A program made the translations under genes and the position numbers. Under the pieces are notes generated by a model. It saw only the letters and a program-made list of their open reading frames with translations. It was not told the origin of the DNA and did not search any database. From contig CM035356.1 of the NCBI GenBank assembly GCA_020137815.1, positions 4,898,001 to 4,962,000 on the forward strand: 64,000 nucleotides of DNA, given 5' to 3'. The stretch's first letter is position 1. Each line of letters starts with the position of its first letter. The DNA comes from Hormiphora californensis. Taxonomy: Eukaryota; Animalia; Ctenophora. Below are positions 11,001 to 26,868 of this stretch, piece after piece.

Positions 11001-13996
11001 TGTAAACCAGATTGGTCATCAGTCCATTCTTGAGGCGCAGTTGTTATATGAATTATGCAAGCCTTGCATAACTATAATGTATATTGCATGGGTACGTGTT
11101 TTTTAGTCAACACTGCGCTGTATATCTGTATATATGTAACGTCAATACATTTCAAATCACGACATTTACAGTGCTGTATAAAAAATACGAGTACAATGGT
11201 GAGATAAGTATTTTAGTTAATAAGTAAAGATAAATTCTATGCAATGAAATATCGATGTGATATACATCTCAGACAGATCAAACTATTATAGGGTAACAGG
11301 ATAACCAAGCGGCTCAGTCAGAATATTAATAGCAATATACATATCATCCACTGTCTGGTATTATACTACCAGACAGATCACTCAATAAGCAGCTCAGTCA
11401 GATAATAATTTGAGCCTGATGATGATGCTATGCTATGCTATGCTATGCTATGCGTTCTTCTACAATAAAAATCCCATCTACTTGTTTCGTACAGCCGGAA
11501 GGAGAAAACTAAACTTCCTCATTGATATGCGTCTAATAAACAACCAACCGATCCTTATTCTCAATAAAAGATACCTTCAGTTTTCTGGAGCAAGAGAGAC
11601 AGCACACAAAATGTCCACACTCCAGTAGTACACAATCCACTGTGGCATCCCAACATATTTTACAGGTGTCCTCCTCCCGTCTCTCCCCCACGTTCTTCTT
11701 TCTCTCCCAGTACAAGTCACATACCTGATGGATGGGTAATGTGTCGTTACCAAGGTGACGGAGGGGGGTAATATGTTGTTACCAAGGTGATGGAGGGGGG
11801 TAATGTGTCGTTACCAAGGTGATGGAGGGGGGTAATGTGTCGTTATCAAGGTGATGGAGGGGGGTAATGTGTCGTTACCAAGGTGATGGAGGGGGGTAAT
11901 ATGTCGTTACCAAGGTGATGGAGGGGGGTAATGTGTCGTTACCAAGGTGGTGGAGGGGTAATGTGTCGTTACCAAGGTGATGGAGGGATAATGTGTCGTT
12001 ACCAAGGTGATGGAGGGGGTAATGTGTCGTTACCAAGGTGATGGAGGGGGGTAATGTGTCGTTACCAAGGTGATGGAGGGGGGTAATGTGTCGTTACCAA
12101 GGTGATGGAGGGGGTAATGTGTCGTTACCAAGGTGATGGAGGGGGTAATGTGTCGTTACCTAGGTGATGGATGGGTTATGGCAGACGGCCGACGGTGGTA
12201 ACGAGGGGTAACCTGTTTTGGGGGTCGGGGAAGTTCTGATACCCTCAAGTATATTAGGTCGCTAGATCGATATTGGAAAACAGTAAACTTTCGTATTCGG
12301 AAAAATGGCCAAACAGTTTCTATTATTTAGGCTTATTTGGACTTTCATTCTAAACGATAATGTAGTTAGAATCCTCTAGTAGTAGTATAATCCTCCCAAA
12401 TCGCGTATAAAAGTGTTAAAATCATGATTTTTATAGGGGCAATGTAATTCCTTCACTAAATGATACTAAAAGGTCCACCCTACCACCAAACGGAAGTTTA
12501 CCAATCAACTCCATGGGGGGAGGTCCGATAATTGGCCTTAATTGACACCTGTATTTTCAGCCTGAGGCCAAAACCATAAGTACCCTTAAAATAGGAGTAG
12601 AGACAAATCTGAGGGCACTAAAGTGATCAGCGTCCTCGCATTAGTGGGGGTATGTGGTGGAATTATGTCTCTATCTCATCTGGTTAATTAGATAATTGGA
12701 TAATTAGATATGCGCAAAACCGTATTTTGGCTATATGGCTATAGCCACTTAGGAATGGTTTAGAGACGTTTCATCGGTGCCAATTTGTAGGCAAAGGCCA
12801 AGTTATGGGGGGTCGACGTCGGGCTTTTAAGCCCTATCTTCAACCGTTTAGCCGTTATTTGGCTTTAAAGGTGCTCAAAATCGGGTTTTTTACCGTTTTT
12901 TGCTCATTTTGAGTACCTTTAAAGCCAAATAACGGCTAAACGGTTGAAGATAGAGCTTAAAAGTCCGACGTCGACCCCCCATAACTTGGCCTTTGCCTAC
13001 AAATTGGCACCAATGAAACGTCTCTAAACCATTCCTAAGTGGCTATAGCCATATAGCCAAAATACGGTTATGCGCATATCTAATTATCCAATTATCTAAT
13101 TAACCAGATGAGATAGACACTTAATTCCACCACCTACCCCCACTAATGCGAGGACGCTGATCACTTTAGTGCCCTCAGATTTGTCTCTACTTCTATTTCA
13201 AGGGTACTTATGGTTTTGGCCTCAGGCTGAAAATACAGGTGTCAATTAAGGCCAATTATCGGACCTCCCCCCATGGAGTTGGTTGGTAAACTCTTGTTTG
13301 GTGGTAGGGTGGACCTTTTAGTATCATTTAGTGAAGGAATTACATTGCCCCTATAAATTTTATGTTCAAAGCACGATTTTGGAGGATTAGTACTAGAGAG
13401 ACTTGGAGTGTAGAGCTAGATTCCACTGTCAGGCTCTGACGACGGTCCTAGTGCGCTCCGTATAGGGTCAGGCCAATGTTCTGACAGAGATTCCGTGACC
13501 CACAGACTGAGGTTACCACTTAACCACGCATGATCTAACTGAGTACTGAGTCGGATGAATCGCTCGAAATGGGCAGCGGATTTTAAGTAAATTTCGAGAA
13601 TTCGATCATAGAATTACATGCTAGGAGGTAAGCAGGAAGAGTGAATATAATGTCCTTGATAACAAGGCTGGGATACCAGGTATTTCTTGGTTGCTATGGC
13701 TACCGCATATTCCAGCATGTTAAATCGGGAGCCTCCAGCCCGTTTCATCATTTCTATACAAACAAAAATCCAAAAATTCTGGAAATTCTTATCCAGACTT
13801 ACCCTTTTTTGTAACTCTGACTTCTCGATGCACCCCTTGTAATCGACGCAGTAGTTCTCCAAAATGTCCTGAAATGAGGGAGGAAGATTGTTACACGAAC
13901 CATGAAATACTTTGGTTTTCAGAAAATATAAGTTTAGTGTACGCTAGCAGTGATCAAGTGCGATGATAGAAATTGTGCGAAATGCGAGTTGTACGG

Positions 13997-14071
<75 letters not shown>

Positions 14072-17000
14072 ACAGGAACAAATCATATTGTATGTAATGT
14101 TAGCACAGACGAAGACCTGTAGTATACTGCAGTACACTGTAGTATACTGCAGTATAATACACACACGGTAGATTTAACATCTGGCATAGACAAGGGCAGA
14201 AATTACCATTCCTTCTTAAAATTCGGTACGAGGAACATGAATTTTCGGGTCCTTGCACCTCTCACTTCAAATTCTAGAACATTCCAGGTTTTCTTCCAGC
14301 TTCAATTCTCATTATTAGTAAGGGTTGAATTCTGGGAGCTATATTTGATGCTTTGTGCGAGCTAAAGCTTTTAGTCTGCATATATAATGGTTGGCAATGC
14401 ATGTGGCACATCAATCTATACACACCCTGTCTGTGTGTACTGTGTCTGTGTGTACTGTGTCTGTGTGTACTGTGTCTGTGTGTACTGTGTCTGTGTGTAC
14501 TGTGTCTGTGTGTACTGTGTCTGTGTGTACTGTGTCTGTATGTACTGTGTCTGTGTGTACTGTGTCTGTGTGTACTGTGTCTGTGTGTACTGTGTCTGTG
14601 TGTACTGTGTCTGTGTGTACTGTGTCTGTGTGTACTGTGTCTGTGTGTACTGTGTCTGTGTGTACTGTGTCTGTGTGTACTGTGTCTGTGTGTACTGTGT
14701 ACTGTGTCTGTGTGTACTGTGTCTGTGTGTACTGTGTCTGTGTGTATTGTGTCTGTGTGTATTGTGTCTGTGTGTACTGTGTCTGTGTGTATTGTGTCTG
14801 TGTGTACTGTGTCTGTGTGTACTGTGTCTGTGTGTACTGTGTCTGACGTCTGTGTGTACTGTGTCTGTGTGTACTGTGTCTGTGTGTACTGTGTCTGTGT
14901 GTATTGTGTCTGTGTGTACTGTGTCTGTGTGTACTGTGTCTGTGTGTATTGTGTCTGTGTGTACCCTGTCTGTGTGTACTGTGTATTGTGTCTGTGTGTA
15001 CTGTGTCTGTGTGTACTGTGTCTGTGTGTACTGTGTCTGTGTGTATTGTGTCTGTGTGTACTGTGCCTGTGTGTACTGTGTCTGTGTGTATTGTGTACTG
15101 TGTGTATTGTGTCTGTGTCTGTGTGTACTGTGTGTACTGTGTCTGTGTGTACTGTGTCTGTGTGTACTGTGTCTGTGTGTACTGTGTCTGTGTGTACTGT
15201 GTCTGTGTGTACTGTGTCTGTGTGTACTGTGTCTGTGTGTACTGTGTCTGTGTGTACTGTGTCTGTGTGTACTGTGTCTGTGTGTACTGTGTCTGTGTGT
15301 ACTGTGTCTGTGTGTATTGTGTGTTATACAAATCTCATTGTTCATACTACGAGCTGAGTCCCTGTCATGTCCACCCTGTATAACTGCACACAATCCTTAC
15401 ACTTGCTCAACCCTCTCTCACCCCGCAAATAAAGGAGGGTCAGAGTTCATAATAACACCTGTTTTCAATCTTTACATAACATAACCCTCTGTGTATCACT
15501 ATAGGTGTTTATCAATTTGTGTACCACATGGTTAGACTTCTCGAAAATCATCACCCAATATGTCTCAGCTGCCATAGCTATAATAATAATCCACAATCCC
15601 ACCACTCAGAAAAATATCACTGTAAGAAACTTAGGTCACGTTACTTTTTGGTGACGCACTGATCCCACTACCAGCCGCGACGAGAGGGGATGGTATATCA
15701 TCAACGTTACTCCATGCCAGGAACCGACCGAATCAGGAAATACTGGTCCCTGATTGGCTGATAACCAGTCACGTGACCTAAATAACGAGTTCTGATCGGT
15801 TGTTTACTTGTTTCGGTCGGTTCCTGCTCCATGCTAAGAGGTTATAATAAGTTTGGTCGCTGTGTGACGTCAAAGATATAATACATGGATGGAGAGATGA
15901 ATGATGATAGAAAACGTTTTGAGGTGAATGGAAAGGGGTACATGTGAGAAGAGGGAAGTTCGAGTGGAGAGATGAGAGGGGGAGACAGGGAAAAGGGGCG
16001 TTGAGTAGAGGGGAGAGAGGGTAAGATATGAGAGAGAGGAAGGAGAGGAAGAGAAGAAGAGAGAGAGAAGGAGTTAATTATGCGGAGGAGAGCCCGCCTG
16101 GAAGAGGAGGGGGAAGAATTTTATACCCGATGCTGAGATGAGAGTCGAGAAGGAGGAAGAATAGAAGGCAAAGAGAGAATAAGAGAGAGAGAGAGGGAGG
16201 GAGAGTTAGAGCGAGAGAAAATTTCAATCAAAGTGAAGCCCAACAAGAAAATACCCTAGCTCGAACGAGAACGAGAGATTCCTCTGTCGTGTATTGTTAC
16301 ACTCTCTCAAGAAATTATACTCGGAGAGTCTCAACTAGTGCATATTATAATGATAATGAATATAACCTGCCTTGCTCGACCCTCCCTCCTAGAAAGGGTT
16401 TGAACAAAACAAAATATAACTTGAACTTGAGCTCTGTTATTATACAAGTCTGTGAAGATCTCTAGAACCAAATAAGAGTAGTCTCTATTAAGGGTACGCT
16501 AACCAAAATTTTTTTTCGAGTGCAGGGAAATCTCTCACCGTAGGGTTGTAGGCCATACCAAGGAGACCTCAAATATGCAATTTTAGCCCTTAAGTCGAAT
16601 TCATATTTTTGCTACAGCTGTTTAAAATATGTCCTGTAAATACGTTTTTGGCATCTCAAAAAATTTTTTTAAAAGATAGGAGCATGAAAATTTGGGGATT
16701 TGAAGAGGACATGAAGGTGAATAACCACAAAAATGTTTTTTGCAATCCGAGCTGATTTCCGGTCCTGAGATGGATTTCTTTTTTTCCACTTTAACGCCCT
16801 TTTTGGCAAAGTTCCGAAAACATGTGAAAGCTGTAAATTGGTGAAAAGTTGCGTCTAACGATTATCTAAGTGGCCATAAATTTTGGGCGTGTCCTTATTT
16901 GAGATAAGCTGTACAGAGTTTTTTTTGTGAAAGCCATCATTTCAGAAATAAATAAATTCCCTGTATCTCAAAAACGACTGATCGTAGAGACCTGAGACTA

Positions 17001-18384
17001 TGCTTAAACGATTCAGAAGGTCCGATTTTGGGGGGGTCTTCTGAGAGACATTTTGCTCCTACTTCAACCGTTTTTGCTGTAATTGCGAAAAACAAATTCT
17101 ATGAAAAGGGCGAAAGCTAAAATCCAATATCCTGTAATTAGGGAATTTTAGCTAAGAAAGGACCGAACCTATGGAAAAATGTGTAACAAGCTAATTCCTT
17201 CACTATTTGGTCCATATGGGTCCCTATAATCACCAAAAACAAAATCACAAAAAATCCACGATGGCGAAGATGGGTTTTTGTTTTTCGCAATTACAGCAAA
17301 AACGGTTGAAGTAGGAGCAAAATGTCTCTCAGAAGACCCCCCCAAAATCGGACCTTCTGAATCGTTTAAGTATAGTCTCAGGTCTCTACGATCAGTCGTT
17401 TTTGAGATACAGGGAATTTATTTATTTCTGAAATGATGGCTTTAACAAAAAAAACTCTGTACAGCTTATCTCAAATAAGGACACGCCCAAAATTTATGGC
17501 CACTTAGATAATCGTTAGACGCAACTTTTCACCAATTTACAGCTTTTACATGTTTTCGGAACTTTTCCAAAAAGGGCGTTAAAGTGGAAAAAAAGAAATC
17601 CATCTCAGGACCGGAAATCAGCTCGGATTGCAAAAAAATTTTTTGTGGTTATTCACCTTCATGTCCTCTTCAAATCCCCAAATTTTCATGCTCCTATCTT
17701 TTAAAAAAATTTTTTGAGATGCCAAAAACGTATTTACAGGACATATTTTAAACAGCTGTAGCAAAAATATGAATTCGACTTGAGAGCTCAAATTGCATAT
17801 TTGAGGTCTCCTTGGCATGGCCTACAACCCTACGGTGAGAGATTTCCCTGCACTCGAAAAAATTTTTTGGTTAGCGTACCCTTAATAGACTTAGATTTCC
17901 TTAATTCTTGTGTACACTAGAGGGAATACATAAAGTACAAATAGTACTGCACTATAATATATTTCCATTCTTAGTGAGATCACGGATGATCAACTCCCCC
18001 AGTTCCAAAATCACCTTTCAAGTGCTCAAGATCCCCTATTTTCCTTCCCTCCTGTGCTGTCTCTCGCAATGTCACATGCACCCTCTTTCTAGGTATGAGA
18101 GGGTACAATCACTTTGGTAACGAAGTTACCCCTCCCTTGCCGGCGCGCGAGCCGCGAAGTGTGAGGTGTCTTCGATACCAAACAATCACTCACCTTTCTA
18201 GTACTAAAAACTCTAAAATCACTCACCTTTCTAGTACTAAAAACTCTAAAATCACTCACCTTCAGCTCTTTTACGGTAAGATTCTGAATGTCAGCCTCGT
18301 TTCGTATGGAGAGGAGGGAGTTCTTGGGGGGCTGTAGACAGCACTTCTGTAGTGCCCCTCGGGTCTCACACGGATGAACATTCG
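5034..18384 (-). CDS. RNF34: RNF34/RFFL (CARP)-like RING E3 ubiquitin ligase, last four exons
   Basis: Exons 18384-18260, 13868-13803, 11724-11575 and 5090-5034 join in frame at GT-AG sites: ...IQNLTVKELK|DILENYCVDYKGCIEKSELQKR|VCDLYW...CKICWDATVDCVLLECGHFVCCLSCSRKLK|DCPICRQFISRTVHVFRG*. This matches the SAP-like plus C-terminal RING-HC region of RNF34/RFFL. The N-terminal FYVE exons were not found. Confidence 0.85.
6504..10852. repeat. 34-bp minisatellite, about 4.3 kb (about 128 copies), intronic in the RNF34-like gene
   Basis: Unit CAGATTCAGTGAGAATCAGGGTGT(A/C)TCCTGTCTG with period 34 and no spacers. Confidence 0.97.
11727..12175. repeat. About 31-32 bp minisatellite abutting the 3' splice site of the RNF34-like exon at 11724
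   Basis: Unit gtaatgtgtcgttaccaaggtgatggaggggg, about 14 copies. Confidence 0.92.
12430..13357. mobile_element. Foldback/palindromic non-autonomous element (family member 1)
   Basis: About 450-bp near-perfect inverted arms centred near 12895. The core (gagggcactaaagtg...ggctatagccacttaggaatgg) is shared with the elements at 23146 and 37449. Confidence 0.85.
14428..15323. repeat. 15-bp simple repeat (tgtgtctgtgtgtac)n
   Basis: Direct inspection. It explains the low-complexity ORFs in all six frames. Confidence 0.97.
15718..15826. mobile_element. 109-bp hAT-type MITE
   Basis: TIR CAGGAACCGACCGAA / TTCGGTCGGTTCCTG with a perfect 8-bp TSD CTCCATGC (15710-15717 and 15827-15834). Confidence 0.9.
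16492..17881. mobile_element. 1.39-kb non-autonomous DNA transposon with about 600-bp inverted arms (Kolobok-like)
   Basis: Termini GGGTACGCTAACCAAAA...TTTTGGTTAGCGTACCC flanked by TTAA (16488-91 and 17882-85). A TTAA target with purine termini fits Kolobok rather than piggyBac. No transposase is encoded. Confidence 0.8.
18184..18262 (-). repeat. 33-bp tandem repeat containing the 5' splice site of an RNF34-like exon
   Basis: Minus strand aag|gtgagtgattttagagtttttagtactag, giving three AAG|GTGAGTGATT donors. Confidence 0.85.
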
Positions 18385-18404
18385 CTGTGGAGAATAGAAC
18401 TTCA

Positions 18405-18855
18405 TGGGGGTAGTTGGGGAATACTGGGGGTAGTTGGAGAAATGAGAGAATACTGGGGGTAGTTGGAGAATTGAGAGAATACTGGGGGTAGTTGGTGAAT
18501 ACTGGGGTAGTTGGAGAAATGAGAGAATACTGGGGGGTAGTTGGAGAATTGAGAGAATACTGGGGGTAGTTGGGGAATACTGGGGTAGTTGGTGAAATGA
18601 GAGAATACTGGGGGTAGTTGGAGAAATGAGGGAACACTGGGGGTAGTTGGAGAATTGAGAGAAGTGTGGGCAGGCAGTTGGGGTTATAATGTGTATCAGA
18701 AGACCGGATACTGGACGAGAAAGACAGACAGACGGACATACAGACAGAGTACAGACCCACAAACAAACTCACAAACACACTCACAAACACACTCACAAAC
18801 ACACTCACAAACACACTCACAAACACACTCACAAACACACTCACAAACAGACTCA
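18405..18855. repeat. About 29-bp minisatellite followed by a 12-bp repeat
   Basis: actgggggtagttggagaaatgagagaat units at 18405-18660; (acaaacacactc)n at 18765-18855. Confidence 0.9.
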
Positions 18856-19282
18856 CATGTAGAGCAGCAACTTCCCATAAAACCGCATTTTACACCGGGT
18901 CCCTAATCATGATATCTGGCACTAGAGGTATTAGGGTTAGTATAAAGATCACTTTTATTGAATGATAGATCTAGCACTAGAAGTATTAGGGTTAGTATAA
19001 AGATCACTTTTATCATGATAGATCTGGCAGTAGAGGAGGTATCAGGGTTTAGTTAGGTTGCTCCACAATGACTATATTATAGAATTGCTAAATTCATTCA
19101 ATTTCTTGTCCTCTCTGTAATAATTACGAAATGCTGATGATTGACGTGGCCTCCGCCTTTTTAACACCATTTGTTACGTCTACCATTCGGCAATGTTTAG
19201 TCTGTGACGATCCTTTAAAACAACCCACCACAATTGCCAACACCAATCTCAAACACCACTTCTCTCATTCTCAACTCTACAC

Positions 19283-20431
19283 ATGATGATGATCGCTCTC
19301 GTCTTCGTTTCCTGTATCCTTGCCTCCGTGGCTGCTGACGACTGCGGCGAGGGCTTCTGGGAGTGCGACAAACACGACCAGTGCATTCCCGCGGACTACA
19401 AGTGTGACGGGTATGACGATTGTGATGATCTCTCTGATGAGGCCCACTGCGACAACTCTGATAACATCGAATCCTGTGAGTGGACGTGTGCGGATGGTGG
19501 GTGTATTTCGGAGAGCCAGGTGTGTGATGGGGAGTTTGATTGTGAGGACCAGTCGGATGAGGATTCCTGTCGTCACCACCACGACGAGCTGAAGAGTGCA
19601 GGCTGTGGGGACGGGGAGACTGAGTGTGCGGATGGAACATGCATCCTGTCCGGCTGGTGGTGTGATGGTATGGTGGACTGCGACAACGATGAGACCGAGT
19701 GTCCTCCCGATAACCTGGAGAATGTCTGCTCTGAGAAGGAATGGATGTGTGATAATGGGCAGTGTATTGCTAGCGTGTGGCACTGTGACGGTTCTCCCGA
19801 TTGTCAGGACGAGACAGATGAGGATAACTGTCCTCCTGACAACATCGAGGAAGAGGAGGAAGAGGAGGATGCTGAGGAACCTTCGGGAGACAACCTTGAG
19901 TCGGCCGATGACGATGCTGAGGAAGAGGAGGAAGAGGATGCTACGGACGATGCTGACGACATCAAGGCCGAGGATGCTACGGAAGAGGTAGAGGAGAAAG
20001 ATTCTGCTGCACCCATCAAGGCCGAGGAAGCTACGAAAGAGGTAGAGGAGAAAGATTCTGCTGCACCCATCAATGCTGAGGAAGCTACGGAAGAGGTAGA
20101 GGAGAAAGATTCTGCTGCACCCATCAATGCTGAGGAAGCTACGGAAGAGGTAGAGGAGAAAGATTCTGCTGCACCCATCAATGCTGAGGAACCTACGGAA
20201 GAGAAGAAAAAGGATGATGCTGAAGAGATCAAGGCTGAGGATGCTGAGGAAGAGGAGGAAGAGGATGCTACCGCTACAGTGGGAAACATCGAAGATGACG
20301 AGGAAGCCAGCATCTGTAATGATTACCAGTTTGCTTGCCAGAACGGCGAGGGATGTATCCCAATGAACTGGAGGTGTGATGAGATGGACGACTGCAGGGA
20401 CAAATCTGATGAGGCTGGATGCGATTACTAA
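19283..20431 (+). CDS. Intronless secreted acidic protein with five LDL-receptor class A repeats
   Basis: Signal peptide MMMIALVFVSCILASVAA, four LDLa repeats (CDGxxDCxDxSDE), an Asp/Glu-rich linker with 18-aa repeats, a fifth LDLa at the C-terminus, and no TM segment. Confidence 0.9.
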   Translation: MMMIALVFVSCILASVAADDCGEGFWECDKHDQCIPADYKCDGYDDCDDLSDEAHCDNSDNIESCEWTCADGGCISESQVCDGEFDCEDQSDEDSCRHHHDELKSAGCGDGETECADGTCILSGWWCDGMVDCDNDETECPPDNLENVCSEKEWMCDNGQCIASVWHCDGSPDCQDETDEDNCPPDNIEEEEEEEDAEEPSGDNLESADDDAEEEEEEDATDDADDIKAEDATEEVEEKDSAAPIKAEEATKEVEEKDSAAPINAEEATEEVEEKDSAAPINAEEATEEVEEKDSAAPINAEEPTEEKKKDDAEEIKAEDAEEEEEEDATATVGNIEDDEEASICNDYQFACQNGEGCIPMNWRCDEMDDCRDKSDEAGCDY

Positions 20432-21926
20432 GTGTTTGAGTTTTCCCATTATCTTTGAGTTTTGATGTTTAGTTTCCATACAACTGAAATGACTAATTTC
20501 ACTTGATCACCACTGCTCACCACCCATCATCGAACATCTGCACAAACCACGGAAACATTTTGGGGCTGATGCATAGTTCACTGTGTTAATTGTAAGTATC
20601 ATGAGCATACTGAAAGGTCCGGCATCCTCTTCAACGGCTGAAATTTGACCATTTCCAAGTAGTGAAGGCAGGTCTGGTGAATAACTTGGAGATATAGTGC
20701 TCGGTAATCAAGTTGCTCTTGAAGATGCGTTGCTTCGATAGATTTTTGTACTCTGAGTGAGGGTGAAAACTGAGACCCCCGGGGCCCAGGGATACAGCCT
20801 CGGCGCCCGGCGGAGCTGAAGGTGGCAGGGCCCCCGCTAGCAGGGTCCAGGTGCTGCAAGCCCCGGTGGGAGTCGTGGGGGCAAAGTCCCCAGAAAACTT
20901 TAGCAGTTTTTGATCATTTTTTTGCCCCAGAAATGCATTCGAAAAATATAAATTCGAAAAGTGTGCGAAAATGAAAATATTTTTTGTAAAATCATATCAG
21001 AGAATACTTGATTTTTGTGCGCGCGCAGTAAACGCGCAAATATTGCGCCGCGCGGCGATGTTTAAAATCTGTCGCAAGCCATCGCATTCCATCGAGAGAT
21101 TTTCCGCAGCGACCACGCTGATTCCAGGAAGCAGTACGAGTGATTTCCGAACTGGGACTGGGTAGGTGTTGGGTGCCCCGGGGGCCGGGGGGTGAATTTG
21201 GATCCATCGCATCCTATTCTCGCTCCGCGAATAATAGGATCCCGGCCCGTTGAGAGCAAGAACTCACGTGCGCGCGATATAAAGCACGTTTTCAGCAGAT
21301 CGCGCGTGATAGACCGTTTTTGGAGACCTTTTTAGCTGACCTAGCACTACTCAAAGGTCAAGTATGGCCTCATTTCGCATCGTGATGAATCGGCGGGTAT
21401 TTTCCCATACTCACAAGGCCATGACGATTCCCCCAGTACCCGCAGGTTGTTCCAGGACCGAGTAGGAGCTTGCAGCCAGGTCTTTAAAGAATTGCTCATG
21501 TTTAGCGTCAATTTTGACCCACTATTCCTCAAATGCTGATACTCGCGGGTATTTTCCGTAAAAATAGAGACAATTATCTGCTAGGAGCAACAAACGAGAT
21601 GCAAATCGGTTCAGTAGTTCCTTGCAGCCAGGTCTTTGAAAAAGTTTGCTCTAAAATCAATAACGCGCCGGAGGCCTAGATGTGAGATCGATCTCGGTCG
21701 CTGCGCGACCTCGATCTCACTCAGGCATCAATGTGGCCAAGGGGTGAATGTCTTTTTCAGAGTTGCCCTCCAGGAAAGTGGGAGGAAGGGGTTCAAACAC
21801 ACACACACTTGATTGATTTCAATAATCTATGCATACTTGATTATACATTTTATTTTATGACCAAAAAAGGTCGCCCCTCATTTCATATAAATCTCACTCC
21901 CCTCATCTTATAAATTGGTAAAAAAA

Positions 21927-25468
<3,542 letters not shown>

Positions 25469-25598
25469 CTGAAAGGATTAGTGTGAGGTACGGTGAGGAA
25501 TTATGTGTGGTGAATGTGGGTCTTTGAAAAATGAATTATATATTCACCCATATATGGGACATGGGTCTTTGAAAAATTCAAAATTCCAGGCTGTAGAG

Positions 25599-25977
25599 TA
25601 ACGGGTGACAACTAAAAATTGTTACAGATGATTAGAATTGAGATTATCGGAGTGTGAAACAAAGTTAATTTCGTTCAAAATTGACTGAAAAATCATTCTA
25701 TCGCTGCCCCGAACAGAAGCTGTAACTCAAAAAGAACAGGCGCTAGAGGTGCTAGAAAAGTAAGTGTGTAAATTTCAAGTACTACATGCTTTGGTAGGTC
25801 AACAGGAAATGATGCGATATCGCAATGAAAATGAATTTTTTTAGTTTTTCCCGTTGTGTTATTCTGATTCAAAATTGTCTGAAAAATCGTTCTATCACTG
25901 GCCTGAAGCTGTATCTCAAACGGGGCCGGCGCTAGGGCTCACAGAAAAATGTCCAGATTTTTAGTTGTCACCCGTTA
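25599..25977. mobile_element. MITE, internally deleted relative of 47043-47810
   Basis: TIR TAACGGGTGACAACTAAAAAT / ATTTTTAGTTGTCACCCGTTA. Confidence 0.85.
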
Positions 25978-26659
25978 TAGTTTATTATAGAGGGAGGCAG
26001 AGTATTATAAGACTAGAGGGAGGGAATTTAATTCCGGTAGATCTCGAATTAATTCCCACACGGAAATTACTCTCCTAGGTCTCCTAGGACTGTAATCTGT
26101 AGCAGTGCAGGGGCCGTTATTTGCACATTTGTATATCTCTTGGCTCCTGGTACATTACAGGTATTACATGTGCTAAGTACTACAGTGTTATTATATGTCT
26201 ACTGTATAAGTACATGTGTAGCTAGTAGGTATACAGTCTAGAAACGTGTGTAATGTGTGTAACTTGTAATTCTTGTAGGTTACTTGTTACAGGGTTAGGG
26301 AGGCCATCAAGCAAGCTGCTGTAAAGATAACAAAACCGTGTTAACTAACCCCTAGCAGCTCGACTCCCTTACACAAGGGCACCACTCTACCAACTATGTA
26401 CTGTTATGACTCCCTACTATGATCGTCACTATACTGTCATGATTTGGTCATTGGTCAAATATATTATAAGAGGGGCCTGACATCAATCATCACATTGTCT
26501 TATTGGATATAACTGTGTAATATTATTATAGCCCACATATTACACGCACTATGATATTATTATACGCTGTATTACTAGGGGGATATTTTGATTATCACAT
26601 TCATGTGTACATCTAGTTGATATAATGAAGCATAGTAACCGTGTGAATAACCTGCAGTT

Positions 26660-26868
26660 ACTACATTAACCACGTGTTAATCATGTTAACCACGTGTTAA
26701 CACCACGTGTTAATCATGTTATCTACGTGTTAACATCAAGTGTTAATCATGTTAACCACGTGTTAACACCACATGTTAATCATGTTATCTACGTGTTAAC
26801 ATCAAGTGTTAATCATGTTAACCACGTGTTAACATCATGTGTTAATCATGTTATCCACGTGTTAATCA
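26660..26868. repeat. Short palindromic tandem repeat, rich in GTTAAC and CACGTG
   Basis: Units such as gttaaccacgtgttaatcat, directly fused to LDLa copy 2. Confidence 0.85.

Noticed and set aside
14353-15484. Long Cys/Val- or Thr/Gln-rich ORFs
   Set aside because: They are translations of a 15-bp simple repeat, open in all frames.
19215-20479. Antisense 400-aa ORF over the LDLa gene
   Set aside because: It is a shadow of the biased codon usage of the sense gene.
26000-26655. Possible minus-strand exons after the acceptor-like site at 26652
   Set aside because: All frames close quickly and show no recognisable motif.
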